A stretch of 60,681 nt of DNA, the filler included, from Nemertoderma westbladi (lineage: Eukaryota > Animalia > Xenacoelomorpha): assembly GCA_032718475.1 (NCBI GenBank). It is 3 parts of 3 records of this genome, joined end to end, with 100 filler letters (N's around TTAATTAATTAA, not from the genome) between each part and the next. Parts side by side here need not be neighbours in the genome. Positions count along the whole stretch, not along the records: positions 44,431 to 60,681 come from JAUCBJ010004909.1; 2 more parts are not named here. The stretch is one strand, 5' to 3'. The notes beneath the pieces are model-generated. The model saw nothing but the letters and a program-made list of their open reading frames with translations, was not told where the DNA came from and searched no databases. A program made the translations under genes and the position numbers. Within the stretch, counting starts at the first letter, position 1, and every line of letters starts with the position of its first letter. This document shows positions 58,918 through 60,681 of this stretch, piece by piece.

Positions 58918-60681
58918 ATGAGTCAAGAAGAAGAGACGACACCGCCGCGGACCCCGGATGACGATAACCTAATGATCCGTGAGGCCGCGACGCGACGGTA
59001 TCGACCCGCAACGCCGAAAGAGACGATCCGGCAACAGTCCAAGCGGAGAGCGGGCGTCTACCACAACAAGGGACAAGCGAGTGGAGAGAAGGGAGAGACG
59101 AGTCGACGCACGACGGCAGTCAACGTACCGATGTCGCTGGCCAGCCACAGGCCGAGGGCGACGGACGGCCCACCGGAACGGCGATGGTGGGGCCGCCGGT
59201 ACGACGCGAACATGGAGAGAAAGAGGGGACGTTGGCGACGAGGACGTCGGAGTCAGCAACCGGCACCGACGAGTCTACAACGCGACGAGGAGGCAACTGA
59301 AGAAAGCCAAAGAAGGAGCAAAACTAGACCAGGTGAAACTGGATCAGCGACTAGGTGAGTCGAACAAACATTTTGACTATCTAGTCAGCTTTGGGCCAGG
59401 AGAGTTGGCGGGTGAGAGAGCGAGAAAGACCGCCACCGAACTGTTCAAACTGTGGCATCTAGGGATATAGAGCCTGGTGTAGTGTACATAGGGCCATACT
59501 TAGTGGATGCCAGGGGAATTAAGTTAGTGAGTTGGGCGGGACCGCACGCGGGCGAATCCGAGGTTAACCCCGAGGATTCGGTCTTGTCGGTCAACGAAAA
59601 CCCAGGAGAGCAGGGGAAAGTTAGCAGGACAGAGGAGCGACGGGATTCCATCGCGATCGATAAGTCCGCAACATCCTCCGCGAAAGTAAGAAGGGTGTTA
59701 GAAATAAATCTGGCGTGTCAGCATAAAGAGCGTGAGGCGAGAAGGGCGAGCGAGCATAAAGAGCGCGAGGCGAGGTGGCTTGAGAGGGTTGCGAGAGAGA
59801 CAGAGTTGGCCGAGCAAAGTCTACGAGAGGATAGAGAGAGAGAAACGTTTGTTAATACCCCACTTACAGGGACCGGACGACAGACCCAAGACTGGTGTAA
59901 CCGTACGGGCGGGGGGGGGGGGGGGTAATAACAATAGATTAGAGAACGTTAATATTAATAGTATCGTAGTGGATAACCCTAATCAAACTTTTGTTGCAGG
60001 AAATAATATTTTGCCCAACAGTAGTAATTTAAATCCGAACGATTCTAATATAAATGTACAAAGTAGTCCAAATAATTTAAATAATAATTTAAATTTAAAT
60101 ACACAAAATAATTTAGATAATAATCCCGTTTCAAATTCAAATAATTCTAATAATTTAAATAATTTAGAAAATAGTGTTGGTAATGGTGCTATTAATAGAA
60201 ACGTGTCGGACGCAGGTGGCCCGGCAAATAAGAGCCCGGTAGGCCACGTAGTTAGTGCGCAGGGAGTGGCGGGGTTGAGTCAACCCGACGGGAGCCTGCC
60301 AGGCAACACAGTGACAGAGGGAGAGGCGGGGGTGAATAGACCCAGCCGCAGTAGAGTTAGTGCGTCGACTAGAGAGGGGTGTAGAAGTGAAGTAAGAGAT
60401 AGTGAAGTTAGAAGTGGCGAGTGGGGGACTACGGGCGCCCCACCACGGAAGATTAGTAGCGAGAGGGGGGGGGGGGGGCAGAGAATGTCCCATAGGCATC
60501 GGCGGATAAGTTGCGGGGCAAGTTAGGTGAACCGTGGCACCCGACAATGGAGAATAGTAGTAGAATAAGCATTGCTACGGGCAACCGGAGAGCAAGGACG
60601 GGTGGCAAGCCGTCGGTCACTGTCAGTGGACAGTCAGTTAGGAGTCAGTGGGGTCGAACTCCGAGAGATTGCCGTCGCCCC
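58918..60681 (+). other. Frameshifted GC-rich coding-like region, probably the 5' ORF of a retroelement continuing past the window
   Basis: Overlapping purine-rich ORFs (58918-59358, 58979-59470, 59452-59928, 59732-60526) with coiled-coil-like (HKEREARR) and Asn-rich blocks; frame changes near poly-G runs. No diagnostic motif recognised. Confidence 0.35.

Overview
Repeat-rich, AT-rich eukaryotic (probably invertebrate animal) scaffold region with two assembly gaps, each carrying an artificial TTAATTAATTAA linker. Host genes are the TM7/helix-8 exon of a class A neuropeptide-type GPCR and a convergent pair of intronless genes: a DUSP11/PIR1-like RNA 5'-phosphatase with a (PVHGPP)n tail, and CCZ1. 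The rest is mobile DNA and minisatellites. This includes a young RTE LINE with a 154-bp target duplication, a two-exon tyrosine-recombinase (Crypton-like) gene with about 32 in-frame 14-aa repeats, and a decayed THAP/P element nested in a Merlin-like element. There is also a three-level nest of non-autonomous DNA transposons, a foldback element with CTCF-like motifs, and CRE-, RTE- and Gypsy-type relics. The most interesting signal has no ORF: a 412-bp tandem unit (28943-29801) in which a tRNA-like Pol III promoter is fused directly to an intact minimal hammerhead ribozyme, a candidate retrozyme or ribozyme-SINE. A second, decayed Penelope-type hammerhead lies at 920-957. All calls were made by eye from the sequence and ORF track; no searches were run.
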